A stretch of 64,000 bases of DNA from the NCBI GenBank assembly GCA_963707215.1, contig CAVPPB010000001.1:192001-256000 (forward strand), read 5' to 3'. Positions within the stretch are counted from its first letter, which is position 1, and every line of letters starts with the position of its first letter. The translations under genes were made by a program, and so were the position numbers. Origin of the DNA: an uncultured Chloroflexia bacterium (GTDB lineage: Bacteria > Chloroflexota > Limnocylindria > Limnocylindrales > CSP1-4). Positions 20,109 to 29,986 of the stretch are shown here, piece after piece. The notes under the pieces are model-generated. The model ran no database searches and was not told the origin of the DNA. It was given only the letters and a program-made list of their open reading frames with translations.

Positions 20109-20432
20109 CTAGATGAAGTGGCGCCGGATCAGCGCCACGTTGTTGAAGATCCGAAGGCCGAAAGTGATCAGCGCAACCAGATAGAGGTCAAGCCCGAGGC
20201 GATCGCCGATGAAGGTAAGGATGACCGCCACGATAGCGTTCGTGACGAACCCGCTGATGAAGATCCGATTGTCATAGACCCCGTCGAGCTCCGCCCGGAC
20301 CGCCCCCACGACCGAATCGAGCGCCGCCAGGATGGCCACGGCCGTGTAGCGACTGAACTCGAACCCGACATTGACCTGGAGGACCAGCCCGGCAAGGATC
20401 CCGACCAGGAGCCCGAGCAGGGGCAACAGCAC
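20109..20432 (-). CDS. Small basic protein Sbp/DUF1290
   Basis: YTAVAILAALDSVVGAVRA...FISGFVTN...GLRIFNNVALIRR. Confidence 0.9.
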   Translation of the reverse strand: MLLPLLGLLVGILAGLVLQVNVGFEFSRYTAVAILAALDSVVGAVRAELDGVYDNRIFISGFVTNAIVAVILTFIGDRLGLDLYLVALITFGLRIFNNVALIRRHFI

Positions 20433-20535
20433 GTGGGCGATGTCCTCGTTCCGATGGCTTCCGGCAAGGCTACCAGACCCGCCCCCGGACGGACGGGGAC
20501 CAGGCGTGATCGGCGTCCCCGGGCGCGGCCGACGG

Positions 20536-21432
20536 TCACGGGTCCGTCGGGTCCGGCGACGGCTCCGGTGTGGCTCGAGGTACGTACGTCCCCTCGGTCC
20601 CTGAGGCCAGGATCACCCGCCCGAGTTCGGGTTCGCGCCCGTCGAGGAGACTCCGGAGCAGGCGGACCTGGGCCGGGATCATCGACGTCGGGCGCAGGTC
20701 GGCGGCAAGATCGGAGGTGTAGAAGCCGAAGATCGCGGCCCAGCCGACCGTCGGCTCGCCGTCCGGGCGGACGACCCAGCCGGCCCCCTCGTCAAAGGCG
20801 ACGACGAGCCGCGGGGCCGCGCTCCCGACGTCGGACGCGACCAGCGAGGCCAGCCGCCGAGCCGCGTCGAGCATCACCGGGCCCACCGTCGCGCCCACCC
20901 GGAGGCCCGTCGCCGACCGGCCGTCGCCGATGACCGGGATCGGCCCGCCGCCGTCAGCCGGGTCCAGTCGCGGCAGGGCGGCATCGGGCACCTGCTCGGC
21001 GATGACCCGTCCATCCACGTCGACGAGGAAGGTCCGCTCGCCGATCCGCCAGGCGACGATCGGTCGGCGCTCGGTGACCCGGACGATGACGGTGCCGGGC
21101 AGTCCGACCTGGAGCTCGGCGTCGGCCACGGCCGGGAGCTCTCGCAGCGAGGCGACCAGGTGCTCCGTCCGGAGCGCGACCAGGGGCTCACCGGCGGGCA
21201 GGGCCACCGTCGCCCTGATGGCCGTGTCGTCGGTCAGGTCGGCGCCCTCGACGACGAGTCGCTCCAGGCCGAAGACCGGCGAGGTGGCCAGCGCGTAGAG
21301 GCCTCCGGCAGCGACGAGCATCGCCAGGATCCCGCCGGCTCGGGCAGCGGTCAGGCGGGGCGTCCGCCTGCGGACCTTGGCGGAGCGCCGTCGAACATGC
21401 CCCACGGTTCGGACGGACGATCGAGCGGTCAT
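20536..21432 (-). CDS. ftsQ: Cell division protein FtsQ/DivIB
   Basis: Basic N-terminus, one TM, POTRA (LPAVADAELQVGLPGTVIVRVTERRP), dcw position. Confidence 0.85.
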   Translation of the reverse strand: MTARSSVRTVGHVRRRSAKVRRRTPRLTAARAGGILAMLVAAGGLYALATSPVFGLERLVVEGADLTDDTAIRATVALPAGEPLVALRTEHLVASLRELPAVADAELQVGLPGTVIVRVTERRPIVAWRIGERTFLVDVDGRVIAEQVPDAALPRLDPADGGGPIPVIGDGRSATGLRVGATVGPVMLDAARRLASLVASDVGSAAPRLVVAFDEGAGWVVRPDGEPTVGWAAIFGFYTSDLAADLRPTSMIPAQVRLLRSLLDGREPELGRVILASGTEGTYVPRATPEPSPDPTDP

Positions 21433-22550
21433 CGGGGGAGGTCCTCCAGGGTCGGGTGGTGGCCCACCCGGTCGCGGCAGCGCTCCACGGCGAGCCTGAC
21501 GACCCGTCGGCAGACGGCAGCGAAGTCGAGGCCCGCCTCGGCGGGCAGGGTCGGGAAGAGGCTGATCGGCGTGAAGCCCGGGATGGTGTTGATCTCGGAC
21601 ACGTAGGGCTGATCGCCCACGAGCAGGAAGTCGACGCGGGCGAAGCCCTCGGCTCCGATCGCGCGGTAGGCATCGCGGGCCAACTTCTGGATAGCGGCCC
21701 GGAGCGAGGGCTCCAGCTCGGCACGGACCGAGGTCTCCGAGAGGCCTGGCGTGTACTTCGCCTCGTAGTCGTAGAACTCGCGGCCGGACAGGATCTCGCC
21801 GGGGCCGAAGACCTCGAGGTGGGTCGGGTCGTTACCGATGACGGCGACCTCCAGCTCGCGCGAGCCGGCGAGGTAGCGCTCGACAAGGGCGACCGAGTCA
21901 AACCGGAAGGCTGTCTCCAGGGCCGGCCCACGCTCATCCGGAACGTGGGCAAGGGTCATCCCGAGCGAACTGCCCAGCCGGGCGGGCTTCACCATGAGGC
22001 GGTCGTCGCCGATGCCCCGGGCGAAGGCCTCGAGCTCGGCGAGGACCGCGCCCGGCTCGCGATGCCAGTGGTCGAGGCGGACCTCGCGCCAGTCGGCCAC
22101 CGGCAGGCCCAGGCCCTGGACGAGGCGCTTGAAGACCACCTTGTCCATCCCGATCCCGGAGGCGGTGACACCCGATCCCGTGTAGCAGAGCCCGGCGGCC
22201 TCGAGGAGGCCCTGGACCGTCCCGTCCTCGCCCCACGGGCCGTGAAGGGCGATGAAGACGATCGGTGGCGGGTCCTCCGCGACGAGCCGATCGATGGCCG
22301 CCCCGACGCCGAACGGCCCCGACGCACCCAGCGTCGCCGGGTCGTCGTAGGCCGCGGCCGGAAGGCCGGATCGGCGGTGCTCCGGCGGCAGCCACCACCA
22401 GCGTCCCTCGAGATCCACGATGATCGACTCCACGGACGTCCCGGAGTCGGCCAGCGCCTGGGCGACGGCCGTGCCGGAAACGACCGAGACGTCGTGCTCG
22501 GCCGAGGGCCCGCCGAACAGGACGGCCACCGGGGTCGGCGAGCCGGTCAC
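21429..22550 (-). CDS. ddl: D-alanine--D-alanine ligase
   Basis: GGPSAEHDVS, LHGPWGEDG, KPARLGSS, YDYEAKY, EINTIPGFT. Confidence 0.97.
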   Translation of the reverse strand: MTGSPTPVAVLFGGPSAEHDVSVVSGTAVAQALADSGTSVESIIVDLEGRWWWLPPEHRRSGLPAAAYDDPATLGASGPFGVGAAIDRLVAEDPPPIVFIALHGPWGEDGTVQGLLEAAGLCYTGSGVTASGIGMDKVVFKRLVQGLGLPVADWREVRLDHWHREPGAVLAELEAFARGIGDDRLMVKPARLGSSLGMTLAHVPDERGPALETAFRFDSVALVERYLAGSRELEVAVIGNDPTHLEVFGPGEILSGREFYDYEAKYTPGLSETSVRAELEPSLRAAIQKLARDAYRAIGAEGFARVDFLLVGDQPYVSEINTIPGFTPISLFPTLPAEAGLDFAAVCRRVVRLAVERCRDRVGHHPTLEDLPR

Positions 22551-23581
22551 CGATCGTCCTCCTCGGTCCACGGCCAGCCCGTCCAGTCGCCGATGAACTC
22601 GATCTCGAATTCAAGGACGACCCCGTGCCGCTCGACGACGATCGCCCGGACGCGCTCGGCGAGCCGGCGGACGTCGGCGGCGCTGCCGCGCTGATCGTTG
22701 ACGATGAAGTTCGCGTGCCGGTCGCTGACGACGGCGCCACCGATCCGGAGGCCCTTGCAGCCGGCCTGGTCGATCAGGCGGCCGGCTGACTCCCCGGGCG
22801 GGTTCCGGAAGACGCTGCCGGCCGACGGCAGCCCCAGCGGCTGGTGCTCGCGCCGCCAGCGTCGGATGTCGTCCAGCCTGGCCCGGAGCACCGCGGGATC
22901 GGCCGGCTCGAGCCGGAAGGTCGCCGCGGTCACGATCTCCGGTGGCGAGGGCGGGATCGTCCCGTCGGCCGCGGGGGCCAGCTTGAAGCGGCTCTCCCGG
23001 TAGGCGAACCGCATCTCCGCCGCCGGCACCCGGACCTCGCTCCCGTCGTCCCGGAGGACCGTGGCCGACTCGAGGATCCGCGCGATCTCGCCATCGTGCG
23101 CACCGGCATTCGCCCACACCGCCCCGCCGATCGTCCCGGGGATCGCCAGGCCGAACTCGAGCCCCGCCAGCCCGGCGTTCGTCGTCTCCGTGGCCGCCCG
23201 GGCCATCGGCAGCCCCGCCTCGGCGACGAAGCGGGAGCCGTCGATCCGCCAGCCCTCGGCCCGATCCTGGACGACGAGCCCACGGATGCCTCGGTCGCTG
23301 ATGACGGTGTTGCTGCCGCGGCCCAGCAGGGTGAACGGGATCCCGCGCGCCCGCGCGTGCTTGACGATGGCCCGCAGCTCGAATGCGTTGTGGACGATGG
23401 CGAAGAGGTCCGCCGGGCCCCCGGCCCGCATCGTGGTGAAGCGTGCCATCGGCTCGTCGCGCGACGTCTTCACACCGATACGGCGCTGGATCTCGGCTCC
23501 GGCAGCCACCGGGTCGATGGCCGGGACGCCGGCGGTCCGGCGGTCCGGGGCCCGACCGGACCGGCCGCCCGACCCGCTCAC
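22547..23581 (-). CDS. murB: UDP-N-acetylenolpyruvoylglucosamine reductase
   Basis: GRGSN, IPGTIGGAVWANAGA, SAGSVFRNP, HANFIVN. Confidence 0.96.
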   Translation of the reverse strand: MSGSGGRSGRAPDRRTAGVPAIDPVAAGAEIQRRIGVKTSRDEPMARFTTMRAGGPADLFAIVHNAFELRAIVKHARARGIPFTLLGRGSNTVISDRGIRGLVVQDRAEGWRIDGSRFVAEAGLPMARAATETTNAGLAGLEFGLAIPGTIGGAVWANAGAHDGEIARILESATVLRDDGSEVRVPAAEMRFAYRESRFKLAPAADGTIPPSPPEIVTAATFRLEPADPAVLRARLDDIRRWRREHQPLGLPSAGSVFRNPPGESAGRLIDQAGCKGLRIGGAVVSDRHANFIVNDQRGSAADVRRLAERVRAIVVERHGVVLEFEIEFIGDWTGWPWTEEDDR

Positions 23582-24729
23582 GCGGCGGCTCCGGTCGCCA
23601 GCCGCTCGATCGCCTCGATCGACGGCGGGGGCCGACGCTCCGCCGCGGCCATGACCAGCTCGGCGACCGCGTCGGCCGCGCCCGGCCGGCCCATCGATCG
23701 GGCTGCGGCACTCATCTCGACGTGGCGACGCGCGTCGTCGACGAGCGCGACGGCCTCGAGCAGGGCGTCGGCATCGAAGGCCTCGTCGAGGACCAGGCGA
23801 GCCGCCCCGGCGTCCGCAAGGGTCCGCGCGTTGGCCAGCTGATGGCCGGCAGCGTGGGGGTATGGCACCACGACCATCGGCAGGCCCAGCGCGGTCGCCT
23901 CGGCCAGGGTCGAGGCCCCGGCCCGGCCCACGAGGAGGTCGGCGGCCGCAAGGACCACGGTCATCTCTTCGCCCAGGAACGCTCGCGGGCGGTAGCGCTC
24001 TCGAAGCTCGGCTGGCAGCCGTGCCCGATCGGCGGTCGCGCCAGCGAGGCCCTGGTCGCCGGTGACGTGGACGACCACCACCCGCTCGACCAGACGGGGC
24101 AGTGCCTCGCTGACGGCGGCATTGAACCGGTGCACGGCCTGTGAACCTCCGAAGACGACCAGCAGTCGGTCGCCGGAACCGATCCCGAGGCCCTCCCGGG
24201 CCGCCAGCCGGTCGATCGAGCGCAGGTCCCGGATCGGCGTGCCGGTCACGTAGCAGGGCCCACCGGATGCCAGCCTGGCGCAGGTCTCGGGCGAGGAGAC
24301 CGCCACGACGGACGCGCGCCGGGCGACGACCCGCGCGCTGCGGCCGGGGACGACGTTGCCCTCCCAGAGGACGACAGGGATCCCCAGGGGCACCGCCGCG
24401 AGGGCGACCGGCAGCGCCACGTAGCCACCCGTCGTGAAGATCGCGGCGGGCCGCTCACCGGCGAGGACGGCCGCAGCCTGCGGGACAGCCGCAGCAAGGC
24501 GGACCGGGTCGAGGACCAGGTGGACGTCGCGATCGACCGTCCGAAGGGAGCGCAGGGCCAACCGCTGGAAGGGGATCCCGGCCGCCGGGACGAGCGCACC
24601 CTCCAGCCCGCGGTGGCCGCCGAGCCAGCGGAGCTCAGGCGCTCCCGGCACGGCGCTCAGCGACCGGGCGACGGCCAGGGCCGGGAAGATGTGCCCGCCC
24701 GTTCCGCCGCCCGCGATCAGCAGGCGCAT
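23578..24729 (-). CDS. murG: Lipid II GlcNAc transferase
   Basis: GGGTGGHIFP, GGSQ, RAGAST, HQLANA. Confidence 0.96.
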   Translation of the reverse strand: MRLLIAGGGTGGHIFPALAVARSLSAVPGAPELRWLGGHRGLEGALVPAAGIPFQRLALRSLRTVDRDVHLVLDPVRLAAAVPQAAAVLAGERPAAIFTTGGYVALPVALAAVPLGIPVVLWEGNVVPGRSARVVARRASVVAVSSPETCARLASGGPCYVTGTPIRDLRSIDRLAAREGLGIGSGDRLLVVFGGSQAVHRFNAAVSEALPRLVERVVVVHVTGDQGLAGATADRARLPAELRERYRPRAFLGEEMTVVLAAADLLVGRAGASTLAEATALGLPMVVVPYPHAAGHQLANARTLADAGAARLVLDEAFDADALLEAVALVDDARRHVEMSAAARSMGRPGAADAVAELVMAAAERRPPPSIEAIERLATGAAA

Positions 24730-25948
24730 CGTTCCAGCTCCCTCGCTCGACCGTCTCACGCGAGATCGACAGCAGGATGCCGACCGCAGCGAAGCTGATG
24801 ATCAGCGACGACCCGCCGGCGCTCACGAACGGCAGGGTGATACCGGTGACCGGGAAGAGGGCCACCACGACGCCGATGTTGATGAAGGCCTGGAGGCAGA
24901 GCCAGGCGGTGATGCCGGCTGCCAGGAGGGCCCCGAAGGTGTCCGGCGCGGACATGGCCACCCTGGTCCCCTGGTAGGCGACGACCAGGAAGAGGATGAT
25001 GACCAGCCCCGCCCCGATGAACCCGAGCTCCTCGCCGATGATCGCGAAGATGAAGTCGTTCCAGGCGTTGGGCAGGTAGAGGCCGCCGGCGAGCCGGCTC
25101 TCGCCGAGTCCTGACCCCAGGATCCCGCCGAGACCGAGGGCCAGGAGCCCCTGGATGGTGTGGAAGCCCGCTCCCAGCGGATCGGCCCACGGGTCGAGCC
25201 AGGCCTGGATCCGCGCCAGCTGGTAGCCGCGCAACCCGATGACGGCGACCGCGCCCAGCCCCAGGAGGCCGAGGATCGCCATGTGGAGCAGGTTGGCCCC
25301 GGCGACGAAGAACATCGTCACCGCTGTCGCCGCCACGACGATCGTGGTGCCCAGGTCGGGCTCGCGGAAGATCAGGAAGATGACCGGCCCGGCCACCAGC
25401 AGGAACGGCAGCGTGCCCCGCCAGAAGCTGCGAACCTCCGTGCCCCGGCTGGCCAGGAGATGGGCCAGGTACAGGACGAGGGCCAGCTTGGCGAACTCCG
25501 CCGGGTGGATCGCCGGCAAGGGCCCGATCTGCAGCCAGCGGGCGGCCCCTCCCACGCTCCGCGGCTCGAGCGGCCCGATGGGAGGGAGGAGCACCAGGAC
25601 GAGGAGGATCACTGCGACGAGGTAGGCCGGGATCGAGACGAGCCGGAGCAGTCGGTAGTCGAGCCGGCTCATGACGAGCATCGCGATCAGGCCCAGGGCT
25701 GCCCAGAGGATCTGGGGGCCCACGATGGCCAGCGTGTCGTCGGCCTGGAGGTAGGAGCGGATGCCCGATGACGAGTAGACCATCACGATGCCGACGGCGG
25801 CGAGCGCGACGACGGCGACGAGGATCGCGTGATCCATGGCGTGACGCTCGCGCCGCAGGCCCTTCGTCGGCCTGGCCCCGCGCGGTCCGCGCCGCGTGAC
25901 CGCCTCCGGCGGCGTCGGGCGGACCATGTCCGCGGCGCGTCCGATCAT
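24635..25948 (-). CDS. ftsW: SEDS peptidoglycan polymerase FtsW
   Basis: GAARW, PAEFAKL, EPDLGT, LPNAWNDFIF, PVTGITLPFVSAGGSS; stop lies about 95 nt inside murG. Confidence 0.95.
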   Translation of the reverse strand: MIGRAADMVRPTPPEAVTRRGPRGARPTKGLRRERHAMDHAILVAVVALAAVGIVMVYSSSGIRSYLQADDTLAIVGPQILWAALGLIAMLVMSRLDYRLLRLVSIPAYLVAVILLVLVLLPPIGPLEPRSVGGAARWLQIGPLPAIHPAEFAKLALVLYLAHLLASRGTEVRSFWRGTLPFLLVAGPVIFLIFREPDLGTTIVVAATAVTMFFVAGANLLHMAILGLLGLGAVAVIGLRGYQLARIQAWLDPWADPLGAGFHTIQGLLALGLGGILGSGLGESRLAGGLYLPNAWNDFIFAIIGEELGFIGAGLVIILFLVVAYQGTRVAMSAPDTFGALLAAGITAWLCLQAFINIGVVVALFPVTGITLPFVSAGGSSLIISFAAVGILLSISRETVERGSWNDAPADRGRRNGRAHLPGPGRRPVAERRAGSA

Positions 25949-27501
25949 CGCTCCCCTCCTCGCTCGGCGGCGACCGCAGCGACCGCTGTCTTGAAGGCCC
26001 CTCCGCGGGCGGCGTAGTCCTCGAACATGTCGAAGCTGGCGGCGGCCGGGCTGAGCAGGACGGTCGCCACGGCGCCAGGGGCGTCGGTCGTGAGCGCTTC
26101 CCGGGCGATCGCGTCGGCCCGCCGCACGGCTGCCTCGAGCGACGGTGCGGCCTCGACCCGAGCGAGGCCGCACGAGCGGAACAGCTCGGCCAGCGCGGGG
26201 CCGCTCTCGCCGATGACGACGGCGGCCGAAGCGCGCTCGGCGGCGACCGGGCCCAGCTCCGAGAGGTCGACGCCCTTGTCGCGCCCGCCGGCGATGAGCA
26301 CGAGCGGCCCCGAGAAGGCGCGAAGCGCAGCGATGACGGCATCCGGCTGCGTCCCCTGGGAGTCGTTGACGAACCGGACCCCGTCCACGAGAGCGACCGA
26401 CTCGAGCCGATGCTCGACGCCAGGGAACGCGGCGGCGGCTCGCCGGATGCCGTCGGGTGCCACTCCGAAGAGCAGGGCGACCGAGACCGCCGCCATCGCG
26501 TTGGCGACGTTGTGCTGGCCGGGGATCGCCAGCTCTCCCGCGGGCAGGATCCGCCCGCCGGGTCCCGTCGCGGCCGGGCCGCCACCCGCCAGGGGCAGCC
26601 GGCCGACGCCGGCGGCCACGATCCAGCCGTCCACCAGGCCGACCCCGCCCGGCATCGGGCGGTCGGCACGATAGGTCACGACCGGTGCCGTGCCCAGCGC
26701 CGCGTAGGCAGCGCTGACGGGATCCTGGGCGTTGACGACGAGGGCGCCGTCCGGATCGACGAGCTCCGCCAGGCGTCGCTTCACCCGGCGATAGGCTTCC
26801 ATCGAACCGTGCCGATCGAGATGGTCCGAGGTCACGTTCGTGTAGAGAGCGACCGTGGTGCCATGGGACAGGGTCGGCAGCTGCAGCTCTGACAGCTCGA
26901 TCACGACCCGGTGCTCCGGCGTCAGCTCTGGCAGTCGCTCGACGAGCGGCGTGCCGATGTTGCCGCCCAGGATGACCGGATGGATCGGATCGGCCGCGAG
27001 CAACGCCGCCGCCAGGGACGCGGTCGTCGTCTTGCCCTTGGTGCCGGTGACGCCGACCGACGGTGCGGGGCAGAGCCGAAGGAAGAGATCCGGCTCGGAG
27101 ACCACGGGTGTCGCTGCCGGGTCGCCGGATCGCCAGGCGTCCACCACGGGCCGCAGGGCATCGCGGAGACGGGGCTCGGTGGTCGGGAAGTCGGGGTTGA
27201 TCGATGGCGATGTCACGATCAGCTCGGCTCCGGACCAGGCGACAGCCGGTTCCACCCCGGGGCCCAGCTGCAGGTCGATCCCCCGGTCGCCGACGGCCTC
27301 GATCGCCCGCTCGAACTCGCTCGCCGGGCGCCCGTCGTACACGACGACCTCGGCACCGGCGTCGGCCAGGAAGCGCGCGACGGCGACCCCGGACCGGGCG
27401 AAGCCGAGGACCGCGACCCGCCGCCCGGCCAGGGGTCGGGCGCGCAGGTCAGCCCGAGCGAGCTCCCCGAGATCGACCGGTCGGACCACCACCCCGCTCA
27501 C
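25945..27501 (-). CDS. murD: UDP-MurNAc-L-Ala--D-Glu ligase
   Basis: GVTGTKGKTTT, GGNIG, ELSELQL, DHLDRH, HRLE, SPAAASFDMF. Confidence 0.96.
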   Translation of the reverse strand: MSGVVVRPVDLGELARADLRARPLAGRRVAVLGFARSGVAVARFLADAGAEVVVYDGRPASEFERAIEAVGDRGIDLQLGPGVEPAVAWSGAELIVTSPSINPDFPTTEPRLRDALRPVVDAWRSGDPAATPVVSEPDLFLRLCPAPSVGVTGTKGKTTTASLAAALLAADPIHPVILGGNIGTPLVERLPELTPEHRVVIELSELQLPTLSHGTTVALYTNVTSDHLDRHGSMEAYRRVKRRLAELVDPDGALVVNAQDPVSAAYAALGTAPVVTYRADRPMPGGVGLVDGWIVAAGVGRLPLAGGGPAATGPGGRILPAGELAIPGQHNVANAMAAVSVALLFGVAPDGIRRAAAAFPGVEHRLESVALVDGVRFVNDSQGTQPDAVIAALRAFSGPLVLIAGGRDKGVDLSELGPVAAERASAAVVIGESGPALAELFRSCGLARVEAAPSLEAAVRRADAIAREALTTDAPGAVATVLLSPAAASFDMFEDYAARGGAFKTAVAAVAAERGGER

Positions 27502-28478
27502 GTGAGTCCCCCGATCGAGGCCAGGAACAGCGTCACCCCCAGCATCCCGGCCAGGACGGCCACGATCCAGAAGCGGAGGGTGATCTTCTCCTCGTCCCAG
27601 CCCGACAGCTCGAAGTGGTGATGGAGCGGCGACATCTTGAAGATCCGCTTCCCGCCGGTGAGCTTGTAGTAGCCGACCTGGACGAGGACCGAGCCGGTCT
27701 CGACCACGAAGATGAGGCCGATGAGCGGCAGAACGAGGATCTGCCCGGTGATGAGGGCGATGACCGCCAGGGTCGCGCCGAGCGACAGCGATCCTGCGTC
27801 ACCCATGATCACCCCGGCCGGGTGCACGTTGAACCAGAGGAAACCGAGCAGCGCCCCGATGAGCAGCGCGCAAAGGAAGGCGAGGTTCGGCTGGGTCGGG
27901 ACGTTGAGCAGGGCGATGATCATGAACGAGACGAAGGCGATGATCAGCGTCCCGCCGGCCAGCCCATCGAGCCCGTCGGTGATGTTGACCGCGTTGCTGG
28001 CGGACACGATGGCCAAGGCCGCGAAGGCGACGTAGACGATCGGGTCGATCGAGACCGGGCCGACGAACGGCACCGGGATCGCCGTGATGGCGTAGGTCTG
28101 CTGGATCTGCCAGGCGAAGAAGACCGAGAAGACGACCTGCCAGAGGAGCTTCTGGCGGGCCCGGATGCCCTCCCCCGTCCGGGCGTTGAGGTAGTCGTCG
28201 AAGGCTCCCAGGCCACCGACGATCGCCAGCGCCGCCAGGGGCGGGATGATGCCGCCCTCGGGGGCACCGCGAAGCAGCAGGTAGACGCCCAGGACGACGA
28301 GGATGACGAGGAGGCCGCCCATCGTGGGAACGCCCTCCTTCACGAGATGCGTCTCGGGGCCCTCGCGGCGGATCCGCTTCCCGAAGCCGGCGTGCTTGAG
28401 GAAGCGGATATAGGCAGGCATCAGGATGACCACGACCGCGAAGGCCAGCAGCAGGCCCTGGATCAGCTCGACCGTCAA
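27498..28478 (-). CDS. mraY: Phospho-MurNAc-pentapeptide transferase
   Basis: PTMGG, NAVNITDGLDGL, MGDAGS, PLHHHFE. Confidence 0.97.
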   Translation of the reverse strand: MTVELIQGLLLAFAVVVILMPAYIRFLKHAGFGKRIRREGPETHLVKEGVPTMGGLLVILVVLGVYLLLRGAPEGGIIPPLAALAIVGGLGAFDDYLNARTGEGIRARQKLLWQVVFSVFFAWQIQQTYAITAIPVPFVGPVSIDPIVYVAFAALAIVSASNAVNITDGLDGLAGGTLIIAFVSFMIIALLNVPTQPNLAFLCALLIGALLGFLWFNVHPAGVIMGDAGSLSLGATLAVIALITGQILVLPLIGLIFVVETGSVLVQVGYYKLTGGKRIFKMSPLHHHFELSGWDEEKITLRFWIVAVLAGMLGVTLFLASIGGLT

Positions 28479-29933
28479 CGGGCCGGACCCGTGTCGGCGG
28501 CAGTCGGATCGTCGAGCGCTTCGACGAGCTCGTCGACGAGGCGATCAAGCTCGGCGCCGCGCGAGGCCTTGACGAGGGCGACGTCGCCGGGGCGCAGGAA
28601 ACCCTGGAGCAGGTCGAGCGCTGCTGCCCGGTCGGCCACGGCTGACACCTGGTTCGCCGCTAGACCGCTCGCCAGCGCCGCCTCGGCGATGGTCCCGGCG
28701 AGCGGTCCGACCGTCACCAGGACGTCGACGATCGCCGCCGCCCTGACACCGACGTCACGGTGGGCGACCTCGCTGTCGCCGCCCAACTCCAACATCTCGC
28801 CGAGTACGGCGATCCTCCGTCCCGGCAGGTCGCCCAGCAGCCCCAGGGCTGCCACGACCGCGCCTGGCGAAGCGTTGTAGCTGTCGTCGACGATCGTCAC
28901 TCCGCCGGCTCGCCTGAGCACGCCTCGATGGGGCGCCGTCCAGCCGGACCGCAGCCCCTCCGCGATGGCACCAGGATCGACCCCGGCGGCCAGCCCGACG
29001 GCGGCAGCGGCCAGGGCGTTGTGGACCGCCATCCGGCCAAGGCCGGGGACCGCGATCGCCGTCCTCGTCGGCCCGGCCCGGAGGGTGAACCGCATCCCTT
29101 CGAAGCCGGCCGAAGTGACGCCCTCGGCGGTGACATCGGCGTCGGCGGCGAAGCCGTAGGTGAGGATCCGGGCAGCGGTGCGCTCGGCCATCCCAAGCAC
29201 CCGTGGGTCGTCCGCGTTGAGGACTGCGGTACCGTCACCGGGAAGCGCCTCGACGAGCTCGGCCTTGGCGTCCTCGATGGCCTCGAGGGAGCCGATCCTC
29301 GACAGGTGCACGCCCTGGACCGCCGTGACCACACCGATCGCCGGCCGGGCGATGCGGGCCAGGTCCGCGATCTCACCCCCGACGTACATGCCCATCTCAA
29401 GGACGGCCGCCCGGTGCTCCGGACGCAGGGCCAGCACGGTGAGCGGCAGCCCGATCTCGTTGTTGCGGTTGCCGGGGCTCCGAAGGGTCGACATCACCGA
29501 GGTCAGGACCGACGCCGTCGCCTCCTTGACCGACGTCTTGGCGATCGATCCCGTCACCGCGACGACGAGCGGGTCGAAGCGGCGGCGCCAGGCGGCGGCC
29601 AGCGCCTGGAGCGCCAGCAGTCCGTCGGCGACGCGGACGATCGACACCGATCCGAGGGCCACGAGCAGGTCCGCCTCCAGCGGCCGCGACACGACGACCG
29701 CCGAGGCCCCCCGGGCGGCGGCGGCCTCGAGGTAGCGATGACCGTCGGTCCGCTCGCCCGGCAGGGCGATGAAGACCTGGTCCGGCTCGACCTCGCGCGA
29801 GTCGACGGCTGCTCCGCGGATCGGCGCGGTCGACCGCTCGAACGAGAGAGCCGCCGCTGATCCGGGCGACCTCGTCGGGCGTGAAGGACGGCTCGGCCGA
29901 GCCCCCCGGTGACGGCGGTCGCGCCTCGGGCAT
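28475..29933 (-). CDS. murF: UDP-MurNAc-tripeptide--D-Ala-D-Ala ligase, frameshifted near 29838
   Basis: N-terminal FTPDEVARISGG in one frame; DSREV...DGHRY...NNEIGLP...DDSYNASP...KASRG in the next frame; start may be 29933 or 29990. Confidence 0.9.
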
Positions 29934-29986
29934 CCGGGCCAGTGTCGCATACGGGCCGCCGGGGTCGCCGTCGCCCGGCCCGGCCA

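Noticed and set aside
24635-24729. ftsW reads about 95 nt into murG, suggesting a fusion or frameshift
   Set aside because: Both genes are complete in different frames; the tail is a low-complexity overlap
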